64,000 bases of DNA from NCBI GenBank assembly GCA_963703225.1, contig OY969801.1, positions 3,008,001 to 3,072,000 of the forward strand, written 5' to 3'. Both the position numbers and the translations under genes were made by a program. The notes under the pieces were generated by a model. That model worked only from the letters and a program-made list of their open reading frames with translations, did not search any database and was not told the DNA's origin. The stretch's first letter is position 1. Each line of letters opens with the position of its first letter. The stretch comes from Candidatus Eiseniibacteriota bacterium (GTDB lineage: Bacteria > Eisenbacteria > RBG-16-71-46 > SZUA-252). This document shows positions 20,629 through 30,641 of this stretch, in pieces.

Positions 20629-22692
20629 ATGGTCGAGCACCCACAGGACGAGACGGCACACAGCGCGATTCCGGAGCCGCCGCCCGATATCCCTCCGCCG
20701 GAGCATCTCGAACCCCGCTTTGTCACGATCTTGAAGCGGGCCTTCACGTTCGTCATCGGGCCGGCCCGCGCATTGACCGATCCGCACATCTTCCACAAGA
20801 TCTCGCTCGCCGCGTTCCTCGCCTGGGTTGGCCTCGGCGCGGACGGACTCTCGTCGAGCGCCTACGGCCCGGAGGCCGCGTTCCTCGCTCTCCGCGACAA
20901 CACCTTCCTCGCGATTCCGCTGGCCCTCATGACCGCGCTCACCGTCACGATCATCGCGGCCAGCTATACGCACATCATCGAGCGGTTCCCCTCGGGAGGG
21001 GGTGGCTATGTCGTCGCCTCGAAGCTCCTGGGGCCCGTGCCCGGGCTCGTTTCAGGGAGCGCCCTCCTCGTCGACTACGTCTTGACGGTGGCGATTTCGC
21101 TGGCGAGCTGCTCGGACTACGTCTTCAGCCTCTTCCCGCCCGAATTTCAGGGGCTCAAGGTCCTGTTCACTCTGTTCTTGCTCGGCGGGCTGACGATCAT
21201 GAACTTGCGTGGAGTCCGTGAATCGGTGCTCATCGTGGCGCCGATCTTCCTCGTTTTCGTCGTCACTCACGCGGGCGGCCTGATCGCCGGGATCGTTCTG
21301 AGCCACGCACGGATCCCGACCGAGGTGCAATACCTTCGAGATCAGTCGATCCACGCGGTGAGTCAGACCGGCTGGTTTCCGCTCCTCTTCATCCTGTTCC
21401 ACGCGTTCACGTTGGGCGGAGGCACGTACACGGGAATCGAGGCCGTCAGCAACGGCATCCCGATTCTCCGGGAGCCGAAGGCGGAGACAGCCAAGCGGAC
21501 GATGCGCTACATGGCCGTCTCGCTCGCGCTCATCGCCTTCGGGATTCTCGTCTGCTATCTGCTCTATCAGGTCCGGCCGGTGCCCGGACAAACGCTTAAC
21601 GCCGTCCTCTGGAATGCCATCGCGGGACACATCTTTCCGCCGGGGAGCGCGCTCGGCAAGATCGTCGTCACCATCACGCTGCTCTCCGCCGGCGCCCTTC
21701 TCTTTGTCGCCGCGCAAACGGGATTCGTGGACGGACCGCGCGTCCTCTCCAACATGGCCCTCGATCGCTGGGTCCCCTCGCGGTTCGGGAGCCTCTCCGA
21801 GAGGCTCGTCACCGCGAACGGGGTCGCATTGGTCGCGATCTCCGCCGGGGTCGTCGTCCTCGCGACCGGCGGCGCGGTGCACATTCTCGTGGTCCTCTAC
21901 AGCATCAACGTCTTCCTCACCTTCTCCCTCTCCCAACTTTCAATGTGCCGCGACGCGATTCACCTGAAGCGGGAAGGGAAACGATGGGTGGGAGCCCTTT
22001 TCATTAGCATGCTGGGATTCGTCGTGACCGGCTCACTGCTTATCGGCACGGTCGCGTCGAAGTTCCTGGAAGGAGGTTGGGCGACCCTGTTCGCGACGGG
22101 AGCCCTGTGTCTCGGATGCGCGGCGATCCGACGTCATTACGCCCGGACCTCGGTGAGCCTGCGCCGTCTCGACGAGAGCCTCTTGAGCGTGCCGCTCCCG
22201 AGCACCGAACCGACCCAGGCACCGCTCAAGCGGAGCGCGCAGACGGCGATCCTCACGGTGGTTGGGTTCGGCGGGCTGGGCATCCACTCGCTCCTCAACC
22301 TGTTCCGCGTCTTCCCCAACCAGTTCAAGCAGGTCGTGTTCGTGTCGGTGGGGGCCATCGACTCCGGGAGGTTCAAGGGCGGGGACGAAATCGACGCGCT
22401 CCGCGCGAGCACGGAGGCGGAGCTTCAGAAGTACGTCGACTTCGCTCGAAAGTTGGGGCTCCCGGCGGAGTACCGGTACGCGATCGGCACCGACATTGTG
22501 GACGAGCTGGAGCAGCTGATCGTCCAGGTGAGCGAGGATTACCCGCGGTCGGTCTCGTTTGGAGGGCAACTCGTATTCCAGAAGGAGCGCGCGGTGCTTC
22601 GCTGGCTCCACAATCAGACCTGCCCCGCGCTCCAGCGCCGGCTCGCGTTCCACGGCCTTCCGATGATGATCTTGCCGGTGCGGGTCTACTGA
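20629..22692 (+). CDS. APC family permease, KimA/YdaO-like
   Basis: DGLSSSAYGPE, SGGGGYVV, LLVDYVLT, TGIEAVSNG; soluble C-terminal domain. Confidence 0.85.
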   Translation: MVEHPQDETAHSAIPEPPPDIPPPEHLEPRFVTILKRAFTFVIGPARALTDPHIFHKISLAAFLAWVGLGADGLSSSAYGPEAAFLALRDNTFLAIPLALMTALTVTIIAASYTHIIERFPSGGGGYVVASKLLGPVPGLVSGSALLVDYVLTVAISLASCSDYVFSLFPPEFQGLKVLFTLFLLGGLTIMNLRGVRESVLIVAPIFLVFVVTHAGGLIAGIVLSHARIPTEVQYLRDQSIHAVSQTGWFPLLFILFHAFTLGGGTYTGIEAVSNGIPILREPKAETAKRTMRYMAVSLALIAFGILVCYLLYQVRPVPGQTLNAVLWNAIAGHIFPPGSALGKIVVTITLLSAGALLFVAAQTGFVDGPRVLSNMALDRWVPSRFGSLSERLVTANGVALVAISAGVVVLATGGAVHILVVLYSINVFLTFSLSQLSMCRDAIHLKREGKRWVGALFISMLGFVVTGSLLIGTVASKFLEGGWATLFATGALCLGCAAIRRHYARTSVSLRRLDESLLSVPLPSTEPTQAPLKRSAQTAILTVVGFGGLGIHSLLNLFRVFPNQFKQVVFVSVGAIDSGRFKGGDEIDALRASTEAELQKYVDFARKLGLPAEYRYAIGTDIVDELEQLIVQVSEDYPRSVSFGGQLVFQKERAVLRWLHNQTCPALQRRLAFHGLPMMILPVRVY

Positions 22693-23127
22693 AGCGGACG
22701 GGACCCGGACAGTTCGCTAGTGGAGGTGGGGACCGGGTCCCGTTCCGGCGATACTCTCCGCGTGGGAGCGCGGCGTCCCGCGAGCCTCATCGTCCCTTCC
22801 AAGGCGCAGTCCCTCGGCTGCTCCCCGGGAGCGACGGCAGCCTCTCGCGCCGCTCCCCCCGTCTCCCCCAGGCTCTTGGGGTCCGCCGTTCCAGCGGGTC
22901 GTGCCGCGCCGAGGCGCGCATGCAGGGTCGCGCCGGCGCCGGCACGGCGATCGATGAGAGCACACGGCGTGCCCGAGTTTCGTCACCACCGTGGGATCGC
23001 GGCGGGCGCAAGTCGATATTCGGCCTTAGAATCAGGTGATGCGAATACCGGTCGGCTTTTGCGGCGCCCAGGGTTCGGGTGTCGGACGTCTGACGATGTC
23101 AACATCCGCACGGCGCGAAGAGGGACG

Positions 23128-23664
23128 ATGGAAACGATCCGACTGAAGACGGAACGGCTGATCCTCATCCCCGCAACGCTCGAAATGCTCCGCGTCGAGC
23201 TGGCCCGGCCGGAGGAATTCGCGCGTCTCCTGGGCGCCGAGGTCGCGAGCCCCTGGCCTCCCCCGCTCAACGACGAGCGGTCGAACCAGTGGGTAGTCCG
23301 TTACCTGGAGCAGAACCCGGATGCGGGCGCCTGGAGCATGTGGTACTACCTGCTTCGTCGGGGATCCGGGCAGGCGCCGATCGCGATCGGGAATGGGGGG
23401 TACAAGGGAGCGCCGTCGCCGGATGGAACGGTCGAGATCGGCTACTCGATCGTCGAGGCCTATCAGCGGAACGGATTCGCCACGGAGGCCGCCGGCGCCC
23501 TGGTCGACTTCGCGTTTCAAGATCCAAACGTGAAACGGGTCATCGCGGAGACGCTGCCGCACCTGATACCGTCGATCCGCGTTCTCATGAAGTGCGGATT
23601 TGCCCTGACCGGGCTAGGCTCCGAAGAGGGCGCCATCCGCTTTGAGCGAAAGAGGAAGGCATAG
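23128..23664 (+). CDS. GNAT N-acetyltransferase (RimJ/RimL-like)
   Basis: TERLILIP, VEIGYSI, QRNGFATEA. Confidence 0.88.
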   Translation: METIRLKTERLILIPATLEMLRVELARPEEFARLLGAEVASPWPPPLNDERSNQWVVRYLEQNPDAGAWSMWYYLLRRGSGQAPIAIGNGGYKGAPSPDGTVEIGYSIVEAYQRNGFATEAAGALVDFAFQDPNVKRVIAETLPHLIPSIRVLMKCGFALTGLGSEEGAIRFERKRKA

Positions 23665-24105
23665 ATGAGCGAGAAACCCACACCCTTCGTGCGCACCACC
23701 CGACGCTTCGACGTCCCCACCGAGGCTGTGTTCGACGCGTGGCTCGATCCCAAGAAAGTCGCGATGTGGTTTGGGCCCGGAATGGGGGACATGATCCGCG
23801 TCGAGATCGACCCGCGGGTGGGCGGATCGTTTTCGTTCGTGCAACGCCGCGACGGCGAGGATATCGATCACACGGGCCAGTATCTCGAGATGAAGCGGCC
23901 GACCCGTCTCGTATTCACGTGGTCGGTGCCTGCCTACTCCCCCGAAACCGCCCGCGTGATCATCGAGGTATTCCCACTGGACGGCGGGTGCGAAGCGACC
24001 GTGACCCACGAGCTGCGCCCGGAATGGGCTGAGTTCGCCGATCGTGCCGCGGAGTCTTGGTCCAAGATGCTCGACGCGATGGCCGCCGCCATCCGCTCGA
24101 GTTAA
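23665..24105 (+). CDS. SRPBCC/AHSA1 domain protein
   Basis: VFDAWLDP, DPRVGGSF, PTRLVFTW. Confidence 0.88.
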   Translation: MSEKPTPFVRTTRRFDVPTEAVFDAWLDPKKVAMWFGPGMGDMIRVEIDPRVGGSFSFVQRRDGEDIDHTGQYLEMKRPTRLVFTWSVPAYSPETARVIIEVFPLDGGCEATVTHELRPEWAEFADRAAESWSKMLDAMAAAIRSS

Positions 24106-24131
24106 CCCGGACTATTCGTGAAGGCCTTCGC

Positions 24132-24260
24132 ATGCCCGGCTTTACCACGACACAGTGTGTGCTGTTCACGGAGTTGTTCGACCGGCCGCCGACGGTCGCA
24201 TTGGACGTTCCCAACGCCAGTTCCGACGGCGGCGCCATCCTGCTCAAGGCCGCGGCGGGC
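24132..24260 (+). pseudogene. IS1380-family transposase N-terminal remnant
   Basis: TTQCVLFTELFDRP...ASSDGGAILLKAA resembles the SSDGG N-terminal motif of IS1380 transposases. Confidence 0.75.
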
Positions 24261-24281
24261 CTGCAAGGGTGCGGGGTCGGG

Positions 24282-24878
24282 CTACGTCGTGCGTACTGGG
24301 TAGCGCAGGTGTGTAACGCCGATGCCCGGGGTCACGGTCGGGTTGCCGAGGACGATTGGGGTGCCGGCGAGGTGGTCGAAGAGTCGAATTCCGGAGCCGA
24401 GAAAAACCGCTGCGATGTCGACGTGGATTTCGTCGAGGAGTCCAGCGTTGAGGCATTGCTGGATGGTGTCGGCGCCGTGGACTCCAACGGACTTCCCGGC
24501 AGCTGCGGTCTTGGCTTGGTTGACGGCGGTTTCGATACCGTCGGTGACGAAGTGCACAGTCGAGTTGGGACGTGGCCACCCGTCGGGAATTTTGTGGGTG
24601 AGCACGAATGCCGGTCCCCAGGCGTGGTTTCCGCCCCATCCTTCGGCTTTATCGAAGGTGCGTCGGCCGCTGATCATGGCACCAAGTTCGGATATGAGAC
24701 CGTGAAGGTGGTCGGCGCTCGGCTGCGACACGTGAAACGTCATGGCGTCCGATCCTCCAGTGCGGATTTCAACGTCGCCAGAGGTGAAGTACCAGTCGAA
24801 CACTTCGGCCACCCCATCGTTTAGGTCGGCGACGTAGCCGTCGAGCGACATTGACATGATTGCTACAACTTTCGACAT
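24282..24878 (-). CDS. dihydrofolate reductase / RibD C-terminal family protein
   Basis: MSLDGYVA, GRRTFD, GLLDEI, LGSGIRLF. Confidence 0.9.
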   Translation of the reverse strand: MSKVVAIMSMSLDGYVADLNDGVAEVFDWYFTSGDVEIRTGGSDAMTFHVSQPSADHLHGLISELGAMISGRRTFDKAEGWGGNHAWGPAFVLTHKIPDGWPRPNSTVHFVTDGIETAVNQAKTAAAGKSVGVHGADTIQQCLNAGLLDEIHVDIAAVFLGSGIRLFDHLAGTPIVLGNPTVTPGIGVTHLRYPVRTT

Positions 24879-25041
24879 GGCGTGTTCCTTTCGAGGGGCG
24901 GAGAGGGTGTGGATCCCATCCTGAGCATCGCGTGATGGTTTCGGAGCGCACGGTCCGCGGATCGGCGGCTCGGCCTGATCCCGCGACTCGCCGTTCAGGC
25001 AGCCGGGACGGCACCGCCATCGACTACATGAATAGGTCGGG

Positions 25042-26029
25042 TTAACGTGGCGAGACCGACTCGTCGAAGAGCGGCGGAATCAGCTCCACCATCGCGACCA
25101 CGTCGAGCAGGTTGTGGTGGAAGACAGGCAGCAGCCGGTGCGGCTCCCCCCGCTTGACGTAGTCGTGATATAGCCCCGGGATCTCGGCCCCCGAGACATC
25201 GCCCGCGCGGCGCCGACGCAGCACCCGCCATTCGAGAGTTTTCAGCCTACAGTCGGGCAAATCCGCCTTCCAGCGTCGCCGAGCAAGCCACAGGAGATCG
25301 AGGTGCGGCAGCTCCGCGGGGAATCGCATGCGATGGTGCGTCGTGCGGTCGCGGAGAAACGGCACGTCGAACGACTTTCCGTTGAACGTCACCAGAAAGT
25401 CGAATTGGCGAATCAGCTTGGCAAGCTCGTGAAGAAGCGCCCGCTCCTCGGTGTAGTCGCGCGCGAAGAGCTGCCGAAGGACGATATTCCGCTCGACGAT
25501 CATGCCCAGCCCGACCAGGAAGACCGGCGCCGCCGAAAGCCCGCAGGTCTCGATGTCCAGGAAGAGCATCTTCCGATGTCCGAAGCGACGGAAGAGACCA
25601 CGCTCGCGCGAATCCACCTCAGCGACCGCGTCCGGAAGCTCTCGCACGCGGGATCGGTGGCGACGTTTCGCCCGCTCGATATCGTCGTATCTCGAGAGGG
25701 CCGGAGCCGACAGGGCCGCGAATTGCTTGAGAAGCGGGGCCGGCCGCTCGCCCAAATCGGTGTAGAGACGCTCGTGGATGAAGAGCGAACCCTGCGGTCC
25801 CGTCAAGACGCCGCCAGGCAAGATCTCCTCGATACCGGTGCGAAAAATGAGGCGTTCTTGGATGACGACCGAATCGCACACCGCAGCCATGCGCGTCGCG
25901 GCTGTGCCCGTCGCAGCCAAGCGAGTCGCGGCGGTCCGAGACCCGCTGGCGCGGGAGACAGTCGTCCAGACGCGGCTCGGCCCCACGGGCCATCGCGCCG
26001 AGTCGCTCTCTTAACGCGCGGGAAATCAT
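25042..26029 (-). CDS. RNase H-like (DEDD) exonuclease, YprB/MrfB-like; probable N-terminal frameshift
   Basis: FLDIETCGL, VTFNGKSFDVPFL, HLDLL, HNLLDV; MISRALRERL start at 26029 is out of frame with the body. Confidence 0.85.
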
Positions 26030-26052
26030 GATCCCGTTGTGAGGGCCACGGG

Positions 26053-28503
26053 CTAGGCCCCCAGCATCCGTCGGAGAAGCGCCACGGTCGCGCCCTTGCT
26101 TGGGATCGGCCATCCGCCGTGGAGATCGTAGTCCTGCTGCTGCGCGGGTCGGAGGATCGGGAGCCCGACGCAGGAGGGGCAACCCATTTCACAGGGACAG
26201 TCCTCCACCATGCGCCGAGCCGCACCGATCAACTCATCCACCAGGGCGTAGCCTCGCTCCGCATAGCCCAACCCGCCGGGGTATCGGTCGTAGAGAAAGA
26301 TCGCTTGCTGCCCAAGGTTCCCGCTGTCGAGTATTCCGCCCAGATCGGGCCGGTCGCACATCACGTGGAGCGGGAGGAGCGTGATGAGAAGATTTCGCAG
26401 CCCCGACATCCCCTCCGCGGGGTTCCGCCCCTGCACCCGCACCGACGCGCGGACGCTCTCCTCGGGACGGATCCAGAGCGCGACGGTTTCCAGATTCTGG
26501 CGCGGCAAATCCAGCGGGTGATATCCGATCGCGTCCAGGCTGCGAAACCGGATCTTCTTCATCGCGACGGTCGCCCACGACACGTCAGCGGTGCCGAGCC
26601 CCACTTCGCACTCGTTCCACCGACGGGTCTCCCTCGACTCCAACAGCTTGAGCCGCGTGTCGAGGACGGGCTGCGTGTAGTAGTCGACCTCGCGACGTTC
26701 CACGTACGCGATCTTCTGCTTCAAGTCCAGCTCCCGGACGAAGTAGGTATCCCCCTCGTGGAGGTAGATCGCCTCAGGATAGACCAGCTCCGGCGCGCTG
26801 ATCGCGTCCACCGTCGCGAGGACGGCGTTCTCGGCCCCCTGATCCAGGATCGTGAACGTGTCGTCGGAGATCGTCCGCAGACTCACCTTTCCCGCCGGGT
26901 AATCGGCGGACGACCAGTACCGGAGCCCGTCGAGGGATTTCATGCTGCCGTCCTCTTCCAGGAGCGCGGCGATTTGCGGCGCGCGCGATCCGAAGAGCGC
27001 CTCGTCGTCGGGCGAGAGCGGCAGCTCGTAGGCCGCGCAGGCGAGGTGGGACGCGAGGACGTAGGGATTCTCGGGATCGAGCACCGCGCTCTCCGGCGTC
27101 TGCCGGAAGAAGTGCTCCGGGTGCCGCATGAGGTACTGGTCGATCGGATCGTCGTACGCCACGACGACCGCAAGCGCAGGGTGCCGCGATCGCCCGGCGC
27201 GGCCCGCCTGCTGCCAGGTGCTGGCGATGGTGTTGGGGAAGCCGACGAGCACCGCCGCGTCGAGCGAGCCGACGTCGATCCCCAGCTCGAGCGCGTTGGT
27301 CGAGATCACGCCGCGCAGCTCTCCGTCGAAGAGCCGGCGTTCGATCGCGCGGCGCTCTTCGGGGAGATAGCCGCCTCGGTAGGGACTCAGCTTCTCCGCG
27401 AGCCCGTCCTTGTCCCGCTCCAGTCGCTCACGCGCGTAGCGGAAGATCAGCTCGGCCGAGACGCGGGACTTGGTGAAGACGATCGACTGCGCGCCACGTC
27501 GCATGAGCCCCACAAGGATCCGCTCGGCTTCCGCGGAGGTGCTGGCGCGGCCCGCGCCCTCGGTCTCCGCGTGCCGCGGATTCCAGAACGCGAAGAGCTT
27601 GGGGCCGCGCGGCGCGCCGTCCTCGTCCACCACGTCCACGTCGTCCCCCACGAGCAGCTCCGCCAGCTCGCCGGGGTTTCGGATCGTCGCGGAGGAGAGG
27701 ATGAATCGCGGGTCGGCGCCGTAGTGCCGCGCGACCCGGCGGAGACGGCGCAGCACGTTGGCCACGTGCGAGCCGAAGATGCCGCGGTAGGTGTGCACTT
27801 CGTCGACCACGACGTAGCGGAGGTTGGAGAGCACGCGGCTCCAGCGGGAGTGATACGGAAGGATTCCCTGGTGGAGCATGTCCGGGTTGGTGAGGATCGC
27901 GTTCGCCTGCTCGCGGAACTTTCGTCGCGTCTGGCCTGGCGTGTCGCCGTCGTAGGTGCCCGCGACGAGCGCGCGGCGCAGCGCGGGCGAGCCTTCGGCG
28001 AAGCGCGTGAGCCCGCGAAGCTGGTCCTGGGCGAGCGCCTTGGTCGGGAAGAGGTAGAGCGCGACCGCGAGCGGGTCGCGGAGGAGCCGCTCCAAGATCG
28101 GAACGTGGTACGCGAGCGATTTCCCCGACGCCGTTCCGGTCGCGATCACCACGTTCCTCTCGGCCCGCGCGAGATCGATCGCGCGCGCCTGGTGCGAGTA
28201 CAGCCGGCTGATCTCCTGCGCCTCCAATGCCTGTCGGAGCGTGGCGGGGAGCGGACGCTCCAGCTCGCCATAGACCGCCTCGCGCGCTGGGAGCCGCTCT
28301 AAGTGAACCAGTTCGGAGGGGCGGCGGCGCCTGCCGTCCTCGGTGTCGATCCATTCGCGCCGCCGCGGCCCGGCGCCACCCGTCGCAAGCGACGCGAGGA
28401 GGGCCTCGAATTCGGCCAGGGTCTCGGGCGATTCCTTGTCCGGGGCCCGTTCGAAGAGTCCCGGACCGCGCGGGGTGAGAGGAGAGTCGGCCCGCACGTT
28501 CAC
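26053..28503 (-). CDS. DEAH-box helicase with DUF1998 (MrfA/YprA/Hrq1 family)
   Basis: TASGKS, DEVH, SATI, ALELGID, QQAGRAGR, CPCEMGCPSC. Confidence 0.93.
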   Translation of the reverse strand: MNVRADSPLTPRGPGLFERAPDKESPETLAEFEALLASLATGGAGPRRREWIDTEDGRRRRPSELVHLERLPAREAVYGELERPLPATLRQALEAQEISRLYSHQARAIDLARAERNVVIATGTASGKSLAYHVPILERLLRDPLAVALYLFPTKALAQDQLRGLTRFAEGSPALRRALVAGTYDGDTPGQTRRKFREQANAILTNPDMLHQGILPYHSRWSRVLSNLRYVVVDEVHTYRGIFGSHVANVLRRLRRVARHYGADPRFILSSATIRNPGELAELLVGDDVDVVDEDGAPRGPKLFAFWNPRHAETEGAGRASTSAEAERILVGLMRRGAQSIVFTKSRVSAELIFRYARERLERDKDGLAEKLSPYRGGYLPEERRAIERRLFDGELRGVISTNALELGIDVGSLDAAVLVGFPNTIASTWQQAGRAGRSRHPALAVVVAYDDPIDQYLMRHPEHFFRQTPESAVLDPENPYVLASHLACAAYELPLSPDDEALFGSRAPQIAALLEEDGSMKSLDGLRYWSSADYPAGKVSLRTISDDTFTILDQGAENAVLATVDAISAPELVYPEAIYLHEGDTYFVRELDLKQKIAYVERREVDYYTQPVLDTRLKLLESRETRRWNECEVGLGTADVSWATVAMKKIRFRSLDAIGYHPLDLPRQNLETVALWIRPEESVRASVRVQGRNPAEGMSGLRNLLITLLPLHVMCDRPDLGGILDSGNLGQQAIFLYDRYPGGLGYAERGYALVDELIGAARRMVEDCPCEMGCPSCVGLPILRPAQQQDYDLHGGWPIPSKGATVALLRRMLGA

Positions 28504-29402
28504 AGGAGCCCCTCCCCTTCCAGAAGTCTTCGCATGAGCTTGGCCCCGGTCGCGGCCTGTCCCACGTGGCAATTGTTGAAGAAGACGAAGGTCTTCTTGG
28601 CCTTCGTCGAAAGCTCGCGAATCTTCACGACCCATTCTTTCAGCTCGGCCTCCGAGTAGAGGTAATCGTACCGGTCGCCAGGGTTCCATGGGCTGGGCGT
28701 GACCTCCGTGGTGGACCCGTCCTTCGCGAAGAGAGGCCCGAAGTCGTCCAGGGGGCGGATGCGCCGAGTCGACGTGGACGGCGCCGCGTATTCCTTCATT
28801 CCGGAATTGGGCTGCCACCAATTCACCTTGTTTCGTCCGTGGAGACGGACGTAGGCGACGGCCGCCGTTGCCCGCGCGACGGGCGGAACGAGGCCCGGGA
28901 GATCCGGCTCGTCGACGCTCACGTACCCGAGCCCCTCGCTCTCCATCCACGGGAACAGGTCATCCTTGATCCAGGAATCATGGCGAAATTCGACGAAGAG
29001 CGGCGCCTCGGGGAGGAGCTGTTTCAGCGCGACCAGAAACCCTTCGTTCTGCTTCGTCCGCCGAAACGCGAACGGGAACTGCGCCAGGACGCCGTTCAAC
29101 TTGCCCGCGAGCCGGAGCGGATCGACGGCGCGGCCGAAGGACCGATAGAGCTCGTGGTCGAGGCTTCGCTTGTGGGTCATGTCGTGGTGCGCCTTGACGA
29201 CGAACTCGAACCCGGCCGGCGTCTTTCTCTCCATCGCGTCCAACGTGCTGGGCGGAGGAATCCGGTAGTAGGTCGCGTTGACCTCGACTGCCGGGAAGTG
29301 TTTGGCGTAGTAGTCGAGCATCTTCCCCCGCTCGGTGCCGGCGGGATAGAAGGGGCCAACCCAGTCGGGGAAGGAAAATCCGGACGTGCCGATCAGGATC
29401 AT
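28500..29402 (-). CDS. DUF72 domain protein
   Basis: IGTSGFS, VEVNATYY, VEFRH, YVRLHGRN, YDYLYS, FFNNCH. Confidence 0.92.
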   Translation of the reverse strand: MILIGTSGFSFPDWVGPFYPAGTERGKMLDYYAKHFPAVEVNATYYRIPPPSTLDAMERKTPAGFEFVVKAHHDMTHKRSLDHELYRSFGRAVDPLRLAGKLNGVLAQFPFAFRRTKQNEGFLVALKQLLPEAPLFVEFRHDSWIKDDLFPWMESEGLGYVSVDEPDLPGLVPPVARATAAVAYVRLHGRNKVNWWQPNSGMKEYAAPSTSTRRIRPLDDFGPLFAKDGSTTEVTPSPWNPGDRYDYLYSEAELKEWVVKIRELSTKAKKTFVFFNNCHVGQAATGAKLMRRLLEGEGLL

Positions 29403-29429
29403 GGGGCCATCATTCGAGGTTGGAGGAGA

Positions 29430-30635
29430 TCACTCGAGGGCGCCGGCCCTCACCAGCGCCGCGTCCCCGAAGCGGTTCCGAAGCGAATCGACCGCCTCGG
29501 TCATTTTACGTCTGTGCTCGTCGGTATCGAAGAGGCTTGGCTGCTCGGCGACGCCCGACTCGGCAAGGCCAGAGACAGAGACCCCGATCAGCCGTAAGGG
29601 GCGGCCGTCCCAGTTCTCGTCCAGGAGCGCCAGCGCGACCTTGTAGATCTGGGTTTCGTCGCTCATGAGACTGGGAAGGGCGCGCTGGCGAATGGTGGTT
29701 TTGAATTTTGCGTCCCGGATCTTCAGGGAGACGACCCGTCCGAGATATCCATCCTGCCTCAGGCGACGCGCGACCTGATCGCTCAACCGGAGGAGGTGTG
29801 CGCCGATACGCTCCCGCGAATCGATATCTTCGGATAGCGTGAACTCATGCCCCATCGACTTGACAGGTACGCCCTTGTAGTACGGAACGACCTCACCGTC
29901 GTCGTCCCCGAGCGCCGCGTCCCGCATCCGGTCGCCGTTCAAGCCGAAGTGGTACGTCAGGAATTCCTTGGGAAAGTGGGCGAGCTGCCCGACGGTTTGG
30001 ATCCCCAACTTCTCCAGCGCGACCCGCGTCTTTTCGCCGATGCCCCAGAGCTCTTTCACGTCGAGAGGCCAGAAGTGCCGTCGGTATCGTTCCTGGGTCA
30101 GCACGGTCAACCCCCGAGGCTTCTTCACGCCGCTCGCCATCTTCGCGATGTACTTGTTCGGCCCGATCCCGATCGTCGCGTCGAGGTCGGTCCGGCGGTG
30201 AATGGCGCGCTGGATGGCCCGTGCCACCGGGATGGCCGTGTCCAACACCGCCCCCGGGTCGCGGGTGTCGATGTCGCCCCGCGCTGCCACCAGCCTCGGC
30301 GCCCCCGTAAGGTCGAGAAACGCCTCGTCGATGCTGAATGGCTCGACGATGGGGGTGAAGTCTTTCAGGATTTCGAGAATTTGAAGCGAGACGTGGACGT
30401 ACTTCTGGGGATTGCCTTCGACCAGCGTGAGGTCAGGACAGAGCCGGAGTGCCTCCGCGTTCGGCATCCCCGCCCGTACCCCGAACTCCCGAGCCGCGTA
30501 GTTGGCCGACGAGACGACCCCCCGCCGCTTGAGATCGCCCCCCACCGCGAGCGGAATCCCCGCGAGCCGCGGATTCATCTTCTCCTCGACCGAGGCGAAG
30601 AACGCGTCCATATCGACGTGGGCGACGATGCGCAC
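29430..30635 (-). CDS. dinB: DNA polymerase IV (Y family)
   Basis: HVDMDAFFASVE, YAAREFGV, SIDEAFLD, LWGIG, RLIGV. Confidence 0.95.
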   Translation of the reverse strand: MRIVAHVDMDAFFASVEEKMNPRLAGIPLAVGGDLKRRGVVSSANYAAREFGVRAGMPNAEALRLCPDLTLVEGNPQKYVHVSLQILEILKDFTPIVEPFSIDEAFLDLTGAPRLVAARGDIDTRDPGAVLDTAIPVARAIQRAIHRRTDLDATIGIGPNKYIAKMASGVKKPRGLTVLTQERYRRHFWPLDVKELWGIGEKTRVALEKLGIQTVGQLAHFPKEFLTYHFGLNGDRMRDAALGDDDGEVVPYYKGVPVKSMGHEFTLSEDIDSRERIGAHLLRLSDQVARRLRQDGYLGRVVSLKIRDAKFKTTIRQRALPSLMSDETQIYKVALALLDENWDGRPLRLIGVSVSGLAESGVAEQPSLFDTDEHRRKMTEAVDSLRNRFGDAALVRAGALE

Positions 30636-30641
30636 CCGCGA

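Larger units (their letters stand above)
24106..25041. mobile_element. non-autonomous IS1380-derived cassette with passenger gene
   Basis: IRL CCCGGACTATTCGTGAAG, IRR (reverse complement) CCCGACCTATTCATGTAG, TTAA on both flanks, transposase remnant inside. Confidence 0.8.

Noticed and set aside
22693..23127. 435-nt GC-rich intergenic region with several short ORFs
   Set aside because: No recognisable protein or RNA motif; only a TAGAAT -10-like hexamer
26053..28503. DUF1998 helicase as a DISARM or Druantia defence component
   Set aside because: The neighbours are a YprB-like exonuclease and SOS genes, which fit MrfAB repair; no methylase or other drm genes
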